Assembly: GCA_028534125.1 (NCBI GenBank)
Contig: CM052816.1
Span: forward strand, 56,236,001 to 56,300,000
Direction: 5' to 3'
Length of the DNA: 64,000 nt
Origin: Lama glama
Lineage: Eukaryota
Part shown: one piece after another, positions 47,611-59,606 of the stretch
How positions within the stretch are numbered: the first letter of the stretch is position 1
Layout: every line of letters starts with the position of its first letter
Translations under genes and position numbers: made by a program
Notes under the pieces: generated by a model
The model's database searches: none
Told to the model about the DNA's origin: nothing
What the model saw: the letters and a program-made list of their open reading frames with translations, nothing else

Positions 47611-50360
47611 ATGTATGGACCTTTTAATACCTGTTGTCTATTACAAATACTCTTTCCAGATGCAATCAATATCTCTGTCTCACCAAACTGATAAATGGCT
47701 ATTTCTCTCTGGACTGAGAGACCCTGAGGTGCTGGGAAGGCGAGGAGGGGAGCTGGTTTACCCATCTTTTAATCCTTTTCTGGCCACTGTCACATTTCCT
47801 GGTACCTGATGTTTCTCTCGCTCACAGTGATGAATTCTGCGTCATTCAGTACAATTTAGTTTGTGCAATTCAGTTCTGTTCACCAAAGCCACACTCAGCT
47901 CACTGCAGTGTGTCAGGCATTGTACTAGGCTTGGAGATGTGCAGAAGAGGGAGGTCCGGCCCTTGTGCTCCAGGAGCACTAAGCTGGGCTAGAGCTAGCT
48001 TGGGGACAAACCACCACACCTCCACACCGACTTTGAGATTCAGCTTGATGGCGCTAGTGCGGCTGGTCTGATGAACTTTGGTTGGTTGAAGGGATAATTC
48101 AGCGCTGCGATGGTCTGACTCTTCGAGCTAATTGTGTTCTGTGCACACCAGTGAGACTGTCCACGTGTGCTTTGTGTCCTGACAGCTCCTGCATCTTTGT
48201 GGGCATGAGGCTTCCACAGCTGACCAGATCCCACAGCCACTGGGTTTACTGTCCTAGGAAGCTTGGAGAACATGCCCCCAGATGTCTCCTTCCTAAGCTA
48301 CAGAAGGGAGTGTAGGCTAGGTGACCTCTGGAGTCCCTTCTGACCTTCAAATTCTATGATGGCATAAAAGCAACCCAGAACCAAAGGGCTGCGTTTCGGC
48401 AGCTGCATTGATGCTGGCCTGCCAGGCTCGTTGCTGTTAATCAGTAAACAGGTTGCTAAGACAATATTTGAGAGGTGGATTCTAGTGGATTAAGGTGGCG
48501 GAGGGTAGAAGAAAGTGTACTTTAAGGAGAACAGTAGTTACAGGGACACCGTAAAATAAGCCTAGTTTAAGCCCCACCTTTTCCTGGAAGCGTTTTGTGC
48601 TCTTTGGGCCCTCAGTTCATATAGCACACTGGTCTTCATCAAATATTCTGGACTTAGACCATGACAGTTTCTTTCTCTCTTAAAATGATGTGTTCTTGTT
48701 TTGTAGTCCCCAAGGAGGTGAGGAGCTGTGTCTCACACATTTTTAGGAAATGCCCCATTTTGCATAGTACCTCGTTTCATGCTGGAGACAGAGCACATGC
48801 TTCATAAGCACTATGATTGATAGTGTGGAAGAAAAATTTCCGAGAATCGTAGTTGAAGCCTTCTGTGCTGGGCAGGCAGGGACTGTTCGAGGCTCTCTGT
48901 CTAGTACAAGTCCCTGAGAAGGACCTTAGAGATGAGCTGTGCTAGAGTTAGGTGATTACAGTGTGACTTTTCCCCAGTCTTGGGGACCACCAAATTCATT
49001 GCTGCTGTGAGCTGAGGCTTCACACACAGGTGCCTTGCCAAAGCTGTGCTTTTCTTCAACATGCCCAGCCTTCCCATCAGAGTCTCCAAGGTTGTCATGG
49101 TAACTTTGGTTCTAGTGGAGTCTGGGCACAGGGCTCATTCGTGTCACCGCTGGGTGAGTGGGCTTCCTCTTGCCTGGTGGTGAGTAAGGTGAGGAGGTTG
49201 GGGGGAACCAGGGCCTTCCCCCAAACATGTGCGTGCTTCTCTTTAATCCTGGGGCACCTCCATTAGGCACAGTGTTGAATGAAAATGGACAGAGAATCAA
49301 CATCCGGTGATCCCCTGACTTATCTCCCCCTCTTTGTATGATACATATTCCCAGGCAAGATCATGTTTATGGCATCAAAGCAAAATGGAAATCAGAAACT
49401 TTGAACGTGGTCAAGTCTCACAAGAGGAAGCTTGGTAGAACCAGAAATACAGTTTAGATAAGGGCCTTATCCTTCTAAATAGAAAGTTCATTTTATGTTA
49501 AAAATTAAAAAAAAAATCGAAATGAACCATTATTTGAACTAATCAATAGAGAAATCCCTCCCCTACACAGGTTGTCTATAACCCACCCCCTTCCAGCCAC
49601 ACAAACAAATGAACACAAAACACCAAGGCATCCAGACGCCAAAACATGAGAACCCCAGGGGTTGACAGAGTAAGCAAATTGCCTCCTAATCTATCTCATA
49701 AGCTTTAGGGCTTAAGCAAATATCTACTCTGTGACAAAGTGAGCCGTAAACACACTCTGGTGCTGATGCTGCCCTCCAGGCCCCGGACTGCCACAAAACG
49801 CACCACGTTCTGCCACCCAAAGGGTGGGCTTTCCAAGTGGACTCCTGGCAAAGAGCAGCAGAGCTGAGCACTGAGTTGGTGGTGGGCTCCAGCTGACACT
49901 GAGTTGCTGCCTGTCTGGAATTCGAGGCCCTGAGGCTTTGGGTCCTGGCCAGGGGTATTTTCACAGAGCTGGAAATACCCTCCCACTCTCCCTCAATTTG
50001 TCTTCACTCCCACCTCTCCACCCCGAAACCTGTGTCCTTCTCACCGAGGACTCCGTGGAACAGGAACAATGCAAGCATTTCGTTCAGCCTCCCACTGCTT
50101 GCCTGACTTCTGGCTTCTACATTTGGCCCAGTGGAATAACATAACAAGATTAAAAGCAGATTGTATGACAGCAAAATGACTAAGCCATTTCTCATAAAAG
50201 GCAATTCCTGCCCCTCACCTCACCAAAAAAAGATTGTATTGCTTGAAATAATAGTTACAATAAAGTGTATTTTGAATTTAGTATTGTCCATTGCTCGGAG
50301 GAACTGGCCGTTAGCACACACTTGGGATGGAAGGTAGAGCCCATGTATGGCTGATGGCCT

Positions 50361-50838
50361 TGTAACGAGCAGGACCCTGTGGGGCCTTGGAGGGTCAGCC
50401 CCCTACCGCATATCCTCTGCTGCAGCTCCTCTCTGAAGTCCCTAGATAATAGTGCCTCATGTAGATTTCCTGAGCTTTTCAGGTGCTAAAAACCACCACC
50501 AAAGGGAAGAAATTAACTACTTGGTGATGGAGAGCATGTGTGTGGTACCCAGACCTTCTGGCGCCTAGAGGTCGGTAGTGTTGACCACCCTGTTACCTCA
50601 ATATCAACCAATCAGAGAATCATGCATGAGCTGATCATGTACCCCATGACACCCCCACCCCCCCGCTGGGCTTTAAATATGCTTTGCTGAAACCCTTTGG
50701 GGAGTTCGGGATACTCTTGGGCAGGAGCCACCCTGTCCTCCTTGCTCAGCCTTGTAATAAACCTTTTTCTACACCAAACTCCGATGTCTCTCTTTGGCCT
50801 CATGGTGCGTCAGGCACACGAACCTGCCTTCAGTTACA
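50361..50838 (+). mobile_element. Solo LTR, ERV1-class (478 bp)
   Basis: Inverted termini TGTAAC...GTTACA, 4-bp TSD GCCT on both sides, and CCAAT, TATA-like TTTAAATA and AATAAA in U3-R-U5 order. Confidence 0.9.
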
Positions 50839-53800
50839 GCCTCTTCCTTTTGTAGACTCAGTGGCCTACCACTGTGTGCTCGCCTGCAGCACCTCACATC
50901 CTCCCCACAAGTGACCTGCAAGGCCGGCAGAACAGAGTCATGATCATCATTTCCCGGACTCCTGAGAGACTGTGGCTTGCTAAGGTTCCAACCAGTTAGG
51001 GATGAATGGAGACTCAGTATCAGATCTATTCCTGGATCCCGCTTTCTTCCCCACTCCCAGCCCTGCTTCAGCACATGGTCGTGCGAATGGCGTCTTTTCT
51101 AGATGTTTCCCAGAATTCTTCATACTCCAGAGACGTCAAAGGCTTGTCCTCTTGTAGTTTACAATGTCAGAGCCTTCACTTGTCACAGAATTTTGCGGGA
51201 ACGTGGATGGGCAGGAAAGCCTTATTTGCCACATTGAATGCCACACCGCCTCAATCCCCAGTAGTTTTTGACTAGTGAAGAGTGAAGTGGCTTAGAGGTC
51301 ATTTCCAACTCATAGTAACATCCTACTACTAAGCCAGGAACTTAAATAGTGGAAAAGAATTATGTGATTCAATTATACTATTCAGTTGAACGTAAGTAAT
51401 TATAGTCATCTTCATCCTTTGTAATCTCCTTAACCTCGTGGTATTTCCTGCCTCCGACATACTTTGGTGTGATTATATCTATCAGCTGGGATGATGGCTA
51501 ATTCCTTTGAGCTATTTTCTGTCTGTTCTTATTTGTGATGGGGGACTATCTCTTTGTAAATCTGCACCAAAAAGACCAACTATTAGTATTACTTTTATAG
51601 ATGTAGCTTACAGTGTCCGGGACATACTTTGTGCCCAGTAAATAAATGGTGATTATAATAATTGAAAATCAAGGTTTGCTCAGGAACCTGCTGGGCAGGT
51701 GATTTTTGAAGAACTACTGTCACATAATAACTTGGGAAATCTCTGAAAGCTTTTCTAAAGTGGCCACATCAGAAAGCCAAGGAGAAGCAGCCCAAGAAGT
51801 GGTTTACTGTAGCCTCTTTTTATTCATTCCTTTTATTTCTTCAGTTCTTCCATGGTAGGTAGATGAGGACTGCCCCAATTAACGTCCACTTTATAAATAA
51901 CCACACTTTGGAATAATCATGTGAACATACTTGCTTGATTGGAAGAGCTTTGACTGTCTTCCTCTTTACCTGACGTTGATAAAACCCTGCTGAAAGACCA
52001 TTCCAAGCTGACTCTGCCTGGTCTGAACCCACTCAACTTTGGATCAAAGAACTTCCCTCAGAGCCCCACCCCACCCACCCTGAGCCTTCTGGACCAAACT
52101 TGGCAGGAAATTAAACATCCAGTCCTTCCGAGCAGGTACAGAGGGGAGTCCATCTTGAGCACCTGAGGTGTTACCGCCTTTCCAACTCCCATTGTGTTTG
52201 TCCGGTTTCTGATTTAGACTATTTCCCTCGTGGCAACACCACCTCCAGATTCCTGCAGCTGGGCTCTTTTCATCAAAACAGACAACATCAGGTCTAAAGG
52301 AGTCCGAACAGTTGCATTTTAAGGTTAGAGCAGGGGGAGCAATTCCTCCAGGGAGCCAAAAGTTAAGGGGCTACGTTCTCCAAATTGTAAACAATTGACT
52401 TTTAATACTGTACGAGTCAAATGAGCACACTTTTGTTACTGTTCTTTAATACACACTGTAATTTAATGCAGTTAAAATACACATTTTAATACAATTGGAG
52501 TCCATATTTTATTATCTTCCTTCACTACACATTGCATGGAAGCATGGAATTGAATTCGGAGGACTCCTCATTCTACAGCTGGCCTCCAAGAGGTGGAATC
52601 AGGGGTATGTTTGTTTCCTAAGTTTGTAACAAGTTAGACCCGTTTGAAGTTGCCCAGAGCACCAGCTAGTGTCTCCAACCCCTGCAGGCACAGGTACTCC
52701 TGCATTTAAAGAATAGATTCAAACTCAAAATGATGGCACAGTGATTGTCAACAAGAAGAAACATATGATTGCTTGGAGTTTTTCCTTGTGTTGAAAATGC
52801 TAAACAGTGAAACAGAGTGTAAACCTTGAGATCCATTATGGAAACAGACCAATACATACGTATGAGTTTTTTCTTTTTTCAAAAAAAAAATGCAGTAATG
52901 TAAACTGGAAAGTATTAATGCATTAACTTTTTTATATACTTGAACGCATTTTATTATTTATTGTCCTTACTTTTCATAGGCACAATTATATACAGGCAGT
53001 TCAAGAAAAGAGCTGAATTTTCACTGTTTTTGTTTCTCTTCTGGCCACACTTCTTTTTCGATGTATTTCATGATTGTTAGAAAAACAGTTTCGTTGTATC
53101 GAAGAGAGGGAGGAGGGGTAAAAGATAGTTCACTCAATGTGTCAGATTCTCTTGATGCTGAGTCTGAGTTCTCTGTGCTTCCTGAACACTGTGATTTGGA
53201 CTGCGGACCACTTGTTTCCCCCAAGGGACCCATTCCATCACCTGTTTCACTCAGTCCTTTTGGTCTTAGGTATTTCTCTGCTGAAAAGCCAGCATGCCTT
53301 GCATCAAACCTACCAAGGATGTGACACTTGAGATGTCAATGACCACATCTCCCTCACAGCAAACATCCAGATGAAAGGCAGACTCCAGTTCATCATGTAG
53401 ATCTTCTGTTTACTCAAGGGCAGACATCTGGTTGATTGAACACTTTTATCAGGGTAATGTTACGGTCAGTGTCAGTCCACAATACTTTTATCTTCCAAGT
53501 ACATCAAGGGCTAGCAGGCAGGCAGGTGTCATTCTTATCAGTAGATAAGAATGTTGGCAAAAATGGATTTCTGTCCTGCAAAGCGTTCTAATCAGCCCTG
53601 ACTGTAAAGTCCCCTTCGAGCTCTGTTTTTACCCCTGCTGGTTTCAAGGATAACTTGATTGTAAGTGGGGTTTCATGCGGCTCTCTCTCAGGGTGGTTTA
53701 AAGAAACAATTGTTTATCAGAAAAATGTAACTAATAGCAACTTCATTTCTAACTTGTGTCTAGAGAAACCACAAAAGGACAGCAGGAAATACACCCTTAA

Positions 53801-56184
53801 TTTATGCCAGATTATCTTCCACGTCTCGTCTTCCCATTTCAGCCTCTCCTACGGGGCTTTACAGAGAAGAGTGGTCCTTCCTGACGTCTCTCTCCCCCTC
53901 TTAATTCCTGACCACAAAGGTAACCCCAAACACCAACAAGCAAAGTCTTTCCCACACCCAGTGTGCCCCGCCCCTTTCTTCCTCCTTTCTTTCTGTCTCC
54001 CTGATTCCTTCTCCTCTCCAGTTCTCCATCCATTTCCCTCAGTCTGTATCACATAAGAACAGGAGGAGCAAAAAAGCGACTTTTTTTTTTTAAGCCTGGA
54101 GGAAAGAAAAGGAATGCTGTAGACAGACACATTGGTGGCTTTGTCTCATAAAGCTTCCTGGTGGTGCCGCTGTAGGAAGGACTCCTCTCTGACTGTTACA
54201 CTGGATAGAGTGCTAGCCACACTGTATGTACCTTTTGCCCCTTGGCATTTCTAATGCACCCAAGGGAAAAGCTTGAATTTGGACATGTTGCGCTGATCAG
54301 AAACCATCAAAAGGCCTGGGGAACTATAAGCCCTGAGATTGATGGTGGACTAAGATGCCTTAACAAGTCACCTGATTCAGGCCTAACTCAGCCCCCATCA
54401 CCCCACTTAATGGTTGCTCAGAGGTCTGTGCAGAGTTGTTCGCTGGTCCTGGTCCGGCCATTGGTGGCCAACGGTCCATGACCAATGGCCTCATTGTCTG
54501 CCTGGGGCGCACGGGCTGCTGAGCTGTGTCGGGTGTCCCGTAGTGTTCCTCTCCTGAACATGAGCTCAGGTACTGCGAGGTGACTGGGGGGAAATGTTTG
54601 GGAGAGAAAAGGACATTTTAAAATGGGAAATTACTGTTGGCTAGTGCTTATTTTTCGCCCCAGGGGACCAGAAAAACAAGCTCAGCCGGTGTCAAACTCC
54701 AAGAAGCGTGTGAAACTGCATGTTAATGGCTTGGGCCGAGTCAACGGCCAGGAACAGAGCTCTTCCAGGTTGTTGTCGATTCTGAGGGAAAGTGGCATTT
54801 TCCCGGCCTCTTGGTTATTCTGAGCTGGAGAATGTTTCAGGTCTGCTAGGGAAATACACAGCTGCACTTTCCACAAGGCTGATCTTTCCCAAAGGGTGTC
54901 CAGTGTCATGTCTGGAGACGCTTCATCTTAGTGGCTGTGACAGCTTTTTGATCAGTGAACTTTCTCTTTTTTTCCTTTTCTCCAATTTCATGACCCAGTT
55001 TACTAGTTCACTTCCTATTGCCCATCCACTCTGTCAAATGCAGTTTCAGATGACCAGTGTTTTTGTCTTGATCAAAGCTAAGGAGAGTTTTATGTTTGCT
55101 ATGTTTCCTGATTGCAAGGCAAGGGGGTATTTTTTAGGAGATAACAGAGGACCAGCCAGAGTCACAATTCCTTACTTCCTCGGAGACCAGAAACTGAACC
55201 GTGTGGACGTCAGGCAGTCCCAACGCAGAAATTATTAAAGGAGTAGCGACTGGAATACACAACTCAAGACAGACCAATACAGCTTATTTCAGAGCTGGTA
55301 TATGCTCAATGCAAAATAGAGTTTCCAACCATTTCCCTGCTTCTGTTTTCTCCAGAGTCAGTGACCTGCAAGTTCCTTTCTGATCCCCGAGTTGGAGCAA
55401 CCCAGGGACTGTAGTCACTGTGCCCTTCTTCCCCCAAGAAAATCTCCCAGGTCAATAACCTGTTATTTCTGACCTCTTGACTGGCTGCAGTGGGCCATCA
55501 AAGCTCAAATGCCGTTTCTTTCAGATCCTGGGGAAGCTTCAAGTCTCTTGAATCTGATTCTCGAGGGGTTTTACTCCCATATATTCAGGTCACTGGTCCT
55601 GCGGAAACAGCCTCAGGTGTCTGTGCGGGCCATTTCTCCAGGGAAGGAGAGCGCCTGCTGAGTGGTGGGAAGGGCGGTGCCACCGGGTGACTACAGTCCT
55701 CACCAAAACCGGGAAGCTCTCATTTCTAAGGTCTGGGAGACTCAGGAGTTTTATGGATGGGGATGTGGACTCATCTTGGCAGAAAAGTTTGAGAGACACA
55801 TCAGTAAGGTCTGCTGCTGCTTACTCCGTGGGCAGCACGTGGGTCTTAACACAAGAAAGCAGGTGGTACCCACTGTCCGATGTGCTCTGACCTCACAGGT
55901 TCTGACCTTCAAATGATGTGGATGGAAACATCATGGGCTATGACAATTGTTTGCTGTAAATATCTGAAACAGCCGGAAGCTGGAGCATGGGCCTGATCTG
56001 CCGAAACACAAGTGCATGGCCCAGACTGGAGCTGGTGGTCCCTGCCTCTTTAAGGGGAGGGAGCTCAAGGCCTTCCCTAAGCCACGCTCATTTCTCTAAG
56101 ACCCTTCACATCATTTTTAGAGAGTAAGTAGCCTTTGGCAATTGGAAAATTGATATTTCTCTTAAGCAATTTTCCAAGGCCTTG

Positions 56185-56375
56185 GTTGGCAGTCAGCATG
56201 CCTGGATTTGAACCCTGGCCTTGTGGCTAATTAGCCGTGTGAACTTGAACTCTGAAATCTATCGCCATTTCTGCACCTGTGATTTGGGAACGCTATTATC
56301 TGGCTGCCTATTCCCCTGGGTTGTTGTATCACCAACAACAGATGTGAAAATGCTTTGGAAATAATGAAAGTACTT
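56185..56375 (+). mobile_element. MIR SINE
   Basis: GCCTGGATTTGAACCCTGGC...TAGCCGTGTGAACTTG...GGGTTGTTGT...ATGTGAAAATGCTTTG. Confidence 0.6.
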
Positions 56376-56411
56376 GTGTCCATTGTGCTCTTAGAATTTA
56401 CTCAAACTTTT

Positions 56412-56710
56412 TAAAAAAATTGAAGTATAGTTGGTTTATAATGCTGTGTCAATTTCTGGTGTACAGCATAATGTTTCAGTCATACATATATGAAATATTG
56501 TATGTATATATATATATATATACATACAATATTTCATATTCTTTTTCATTATAGATTATTAATAAGATACAGAATAAAGTTCCCTGTGCTATATAGTAGG
56601 ACCTAGTTTATCTGCAAATCTCAAACTCCCAATTTAGCCCTTCTGACCCCCTTTCCCCCCGCCTTGTAACCATAAATTTGTTTTCTATGTCTGTGAGTCT
56701 GTTTCTGTAT
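56412..56710 (-). mobile_element. L1 3' end (artiodactyl-type) with TSD
   Basis: L1 tail consensus; TSD TCAAACTTTT at 56402-56411 and 56711-56720. Confidence 0.85.
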
Positions 56711-58534
56711 TCAAACTTTTCTTGACAACGTCCTAGGGGAAAGAGTTTGAAAAGTACAGTCTTCACTATGGAAGTGATGTTTCTTCTCTTCCTGCTTTTT
56801 TCTTTTTGGGGGAAGAGAGTGGCAAGGCTTGAATGAGAGTTTTTCACACTTGATCTTGATACAGAATGTCTCTTTACCATTTTATTTATCAGAGAGTTAT
56901 CTTTGAATATGTATGAGATTTTGCTGCTGAATGGCTGAAAAAGTGGCTGATCAATATTAACGTTATCATCCAATACCAGTTAGCTCTGTGTTTACAGCTC
57001 CAATCATTCTTTCATTACGTTCTACCACGGGATACTGAACGAACGGTGGAGAGCTTATGAAAACCTTATGTGAATGGCTCATCTTCCCTCCAGCCTGTTG
57101 GCTACCCTGCTGTGTGATATGTGACTTATGCTCTTTGCCTCCACTTTATACACAGAAGAGAACTGGAAAATGATTCAGTGAGGCAGTGTTAGTGGGAGAG
57201 CAGTGATTTGGGTTGGATCACTGCTGGGCTGGGCAAATTACTCTTTGCCCGCATGGTGGGTAGATTCAAATTTAGTAAATGATTTGCGGCTCTCAGCAGG
57301 TGATGGGTTATCTTTAACTTGACCAGGTGGTTAAACCTGATTTCATTAAAGGATGTGATTCTCTGATTCCCTTAAATCTTTGCCTCAGGCTTTTCCTCTA
57401 TGCCAAACAATATGGTCTCTTCACTGTTGAAAGGGCTGGTAAACGCCAAGGGAATTCTCCTGCTGTAAATGACATTGCGGCCCTACGCACTCTTCTTATC
57501 CAACTGAAATTACGTATTTTGTTAAACTGCCTAATTTAACATCCCTTATGCAATCCAGATGTCAATATACTGGTAATGCACAAATATATTCTTGTTGTAA
57601 AATATTCGAAAAGTACAGGAAAATCAAAGCCCTTCTGCCAAATTGTGCTGTTTCTCTCACTCTAATGAATCAGACCTCTGTTTCCCCCTCTGGCTATGCA
57701 TTTATATTTAGATGTATGTAGAAGAATATATCTTGTTTTTGTTTGGTATATGGATATACATATTTTAACACAAATGGGGTTATATTTGCTCAGTAACTTA
57801 CTTTTCCCCCCTTAGAATATTTTAGACATCTTTCCAAATCACTTTATGAAGATTTATATCATTCTTTTAAACTATTAGATGGTGTTCTAAAATATAGATC
57901 TAGAATAGTTTATTATAATTTATTATAATTTACTCAGACTTCCAATTTTTTAATCATTAAAGACAATTCTACAATGAATAGCCTTATACTTGTCAAATGT
58001 GTAAGTGGAATTTTCTGATAGAAGGAGATGAAGAATTTTTTGGGACCAAGGGGAAGGTAGTAATAAGTTCCATGTTTGCCATGGTGATGACTATTTTCTT
58101 TGTGATAAAAGAGATTCTGGTTTCTGTTTCTGTTTTCATAATCATTTCCTCCTGAGCCCCCTTCGGGGTTATACTTGTGTTCATCTGCACCTGAAGAATA
58201 CGTCAGAACTCAAAATAATTTTATCCCAAGAGTACGTTATAGAGTCTTCGATACTCAGCAATGAAGACACCAAACAATGTACAGAGATACACCCAGATAA
58301 ATAGTTTCTCTGGGAACAAAGCTCCTTTGAATAAAATCGTACTTGTAGAAAGCCAGAAAATGTTCTGCTCTCCCTGTTCTGATTTGGCAGAGGTGACTGA
58401 AGATGACAGGACAGAGGGACCAGGTCAGGCAGTGTGTTCTTCTCGGGAGCCAAGTGGGTCCAGGTGATGGCAGGCAGGGCTGTGCTCCCTGGCTCCTGGG
58501 AGGCACGGAGAGCCTACTCGGAGGTCAGTTAAAA

Positions 58535-58945
58535 TTTTCTCTTAAATTGAGGTATAATCAACATATAACATTATAGTAGTTTCAGGTGTACAACATAGTG
58601 ATTCAGTATTTGTATATATTGTGAAACAATCACCACAGTTAGTTGAGTCTAGTAGACATTCATCACCATGCATAGTTAGTTTTTATTCTTGTGATGAGAA
58701 TTTTTCAGATTTACTCTCTTAGCAACTTTCAAGTATCCAATATAGTATTGTTAACTATACTTGTCGCCATGCTTTACATGACATCCCCATGACTTGTTTA
58801 CTTTATAACTGGAAGTTTGTATCTTCTGTCCCCCTTACCCCTCTCACCCACTGCACACCCCCACCCCTTTCTGGCAAACACCCATCTGTTCTCTGTATCT
58901 ATGAGCTCTCTCTCTCTCTTTTTAAGATTCCACATGCAAGTGAGA
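58535..58945 (-). mobile_element. L1 3' end (L1MA9-like)
   Basis: AATTGAGGTATAAT...TTTCAGGTGTACAACATAGTGATTC...TACTCTCTTAGCAACTTTCAAG...AGATTCCACATGCAAGTGAGA. Confidence 0.8.
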
Positions 58946-59299
58946 GAGGACAGTTTTCCAAGGCCTTCATGCCACTCGGGGAGACACCCAAGTCTCCTGG
59001 GAAGCAGCCAAGGGATGGGCAGCATGGGCGTAGGCATCCTCCCTGGGGAAAAGGGGACACTGTTCTAGGAATGCCCCTTCTCCTCTCCTTTCCAGTCGAC
59101 GATTTAATTTACTTTTACCTTCGATAAGAAAGTTATGGATAGTGCAGTGGGTCAGGGAAGCCCATCTTTTAAAATAGAGGGATCATTGCATAATAGAAAT
59201 ACAAAGCACGGTAGAGAGGGTATAAGCTGAAAATGGCAAAATCAAAACAGTAGACGATGCCAATGATTATATTAGCACACGTGTATGTTACTGCCAATG

Positions 59300-59460
59300 G
59301 GCCAGGCACTGTAGATTGTGTTATAGTGCATTTAAACCTCCCAGCAACCTTATTATCCCATTTCAGATAGAGAGAAACTTATTCTCAGAGAGGATATATA
59401 ACCAGATTAAAGTCACACAGCTACCAAGTGGTGGAGCTTAGATTTGCATTCAGAGTGTGA
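59300..59460 (-). mobile_element. MIR SINE
   Basis: CCAGGCACTGT...TATTATCCCATTTCAGATAG...AAAGTCACACAGCTACCAAGTGGTGGAGC. Confidence 0.7.
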
Positions 59461-59462
59461 AC

Positions 59463-59606
59463 TTTCCAAAACAATTTTATTTATTTATTTCTTTGAGGGG
59501 TAGGTAATTAGGTTTATTTATTTAATGGAGGTACTGGGGATTGAACTCAGGGCCTTGAGCATGCTAAGCACACGCTCTGCCACTGAGCTGTATCCTACCC
59601 CTCCCC
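59463..59606 (-). mobile_element. tRNA-Ala-derived SINE (Vic-1-like) inserted at the end of a MIR
   Basis: Minus-strand head and body; TSD CAGAGTGTGAAC at 59451-59462 and 59607-59618. Confidence 0.88.
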
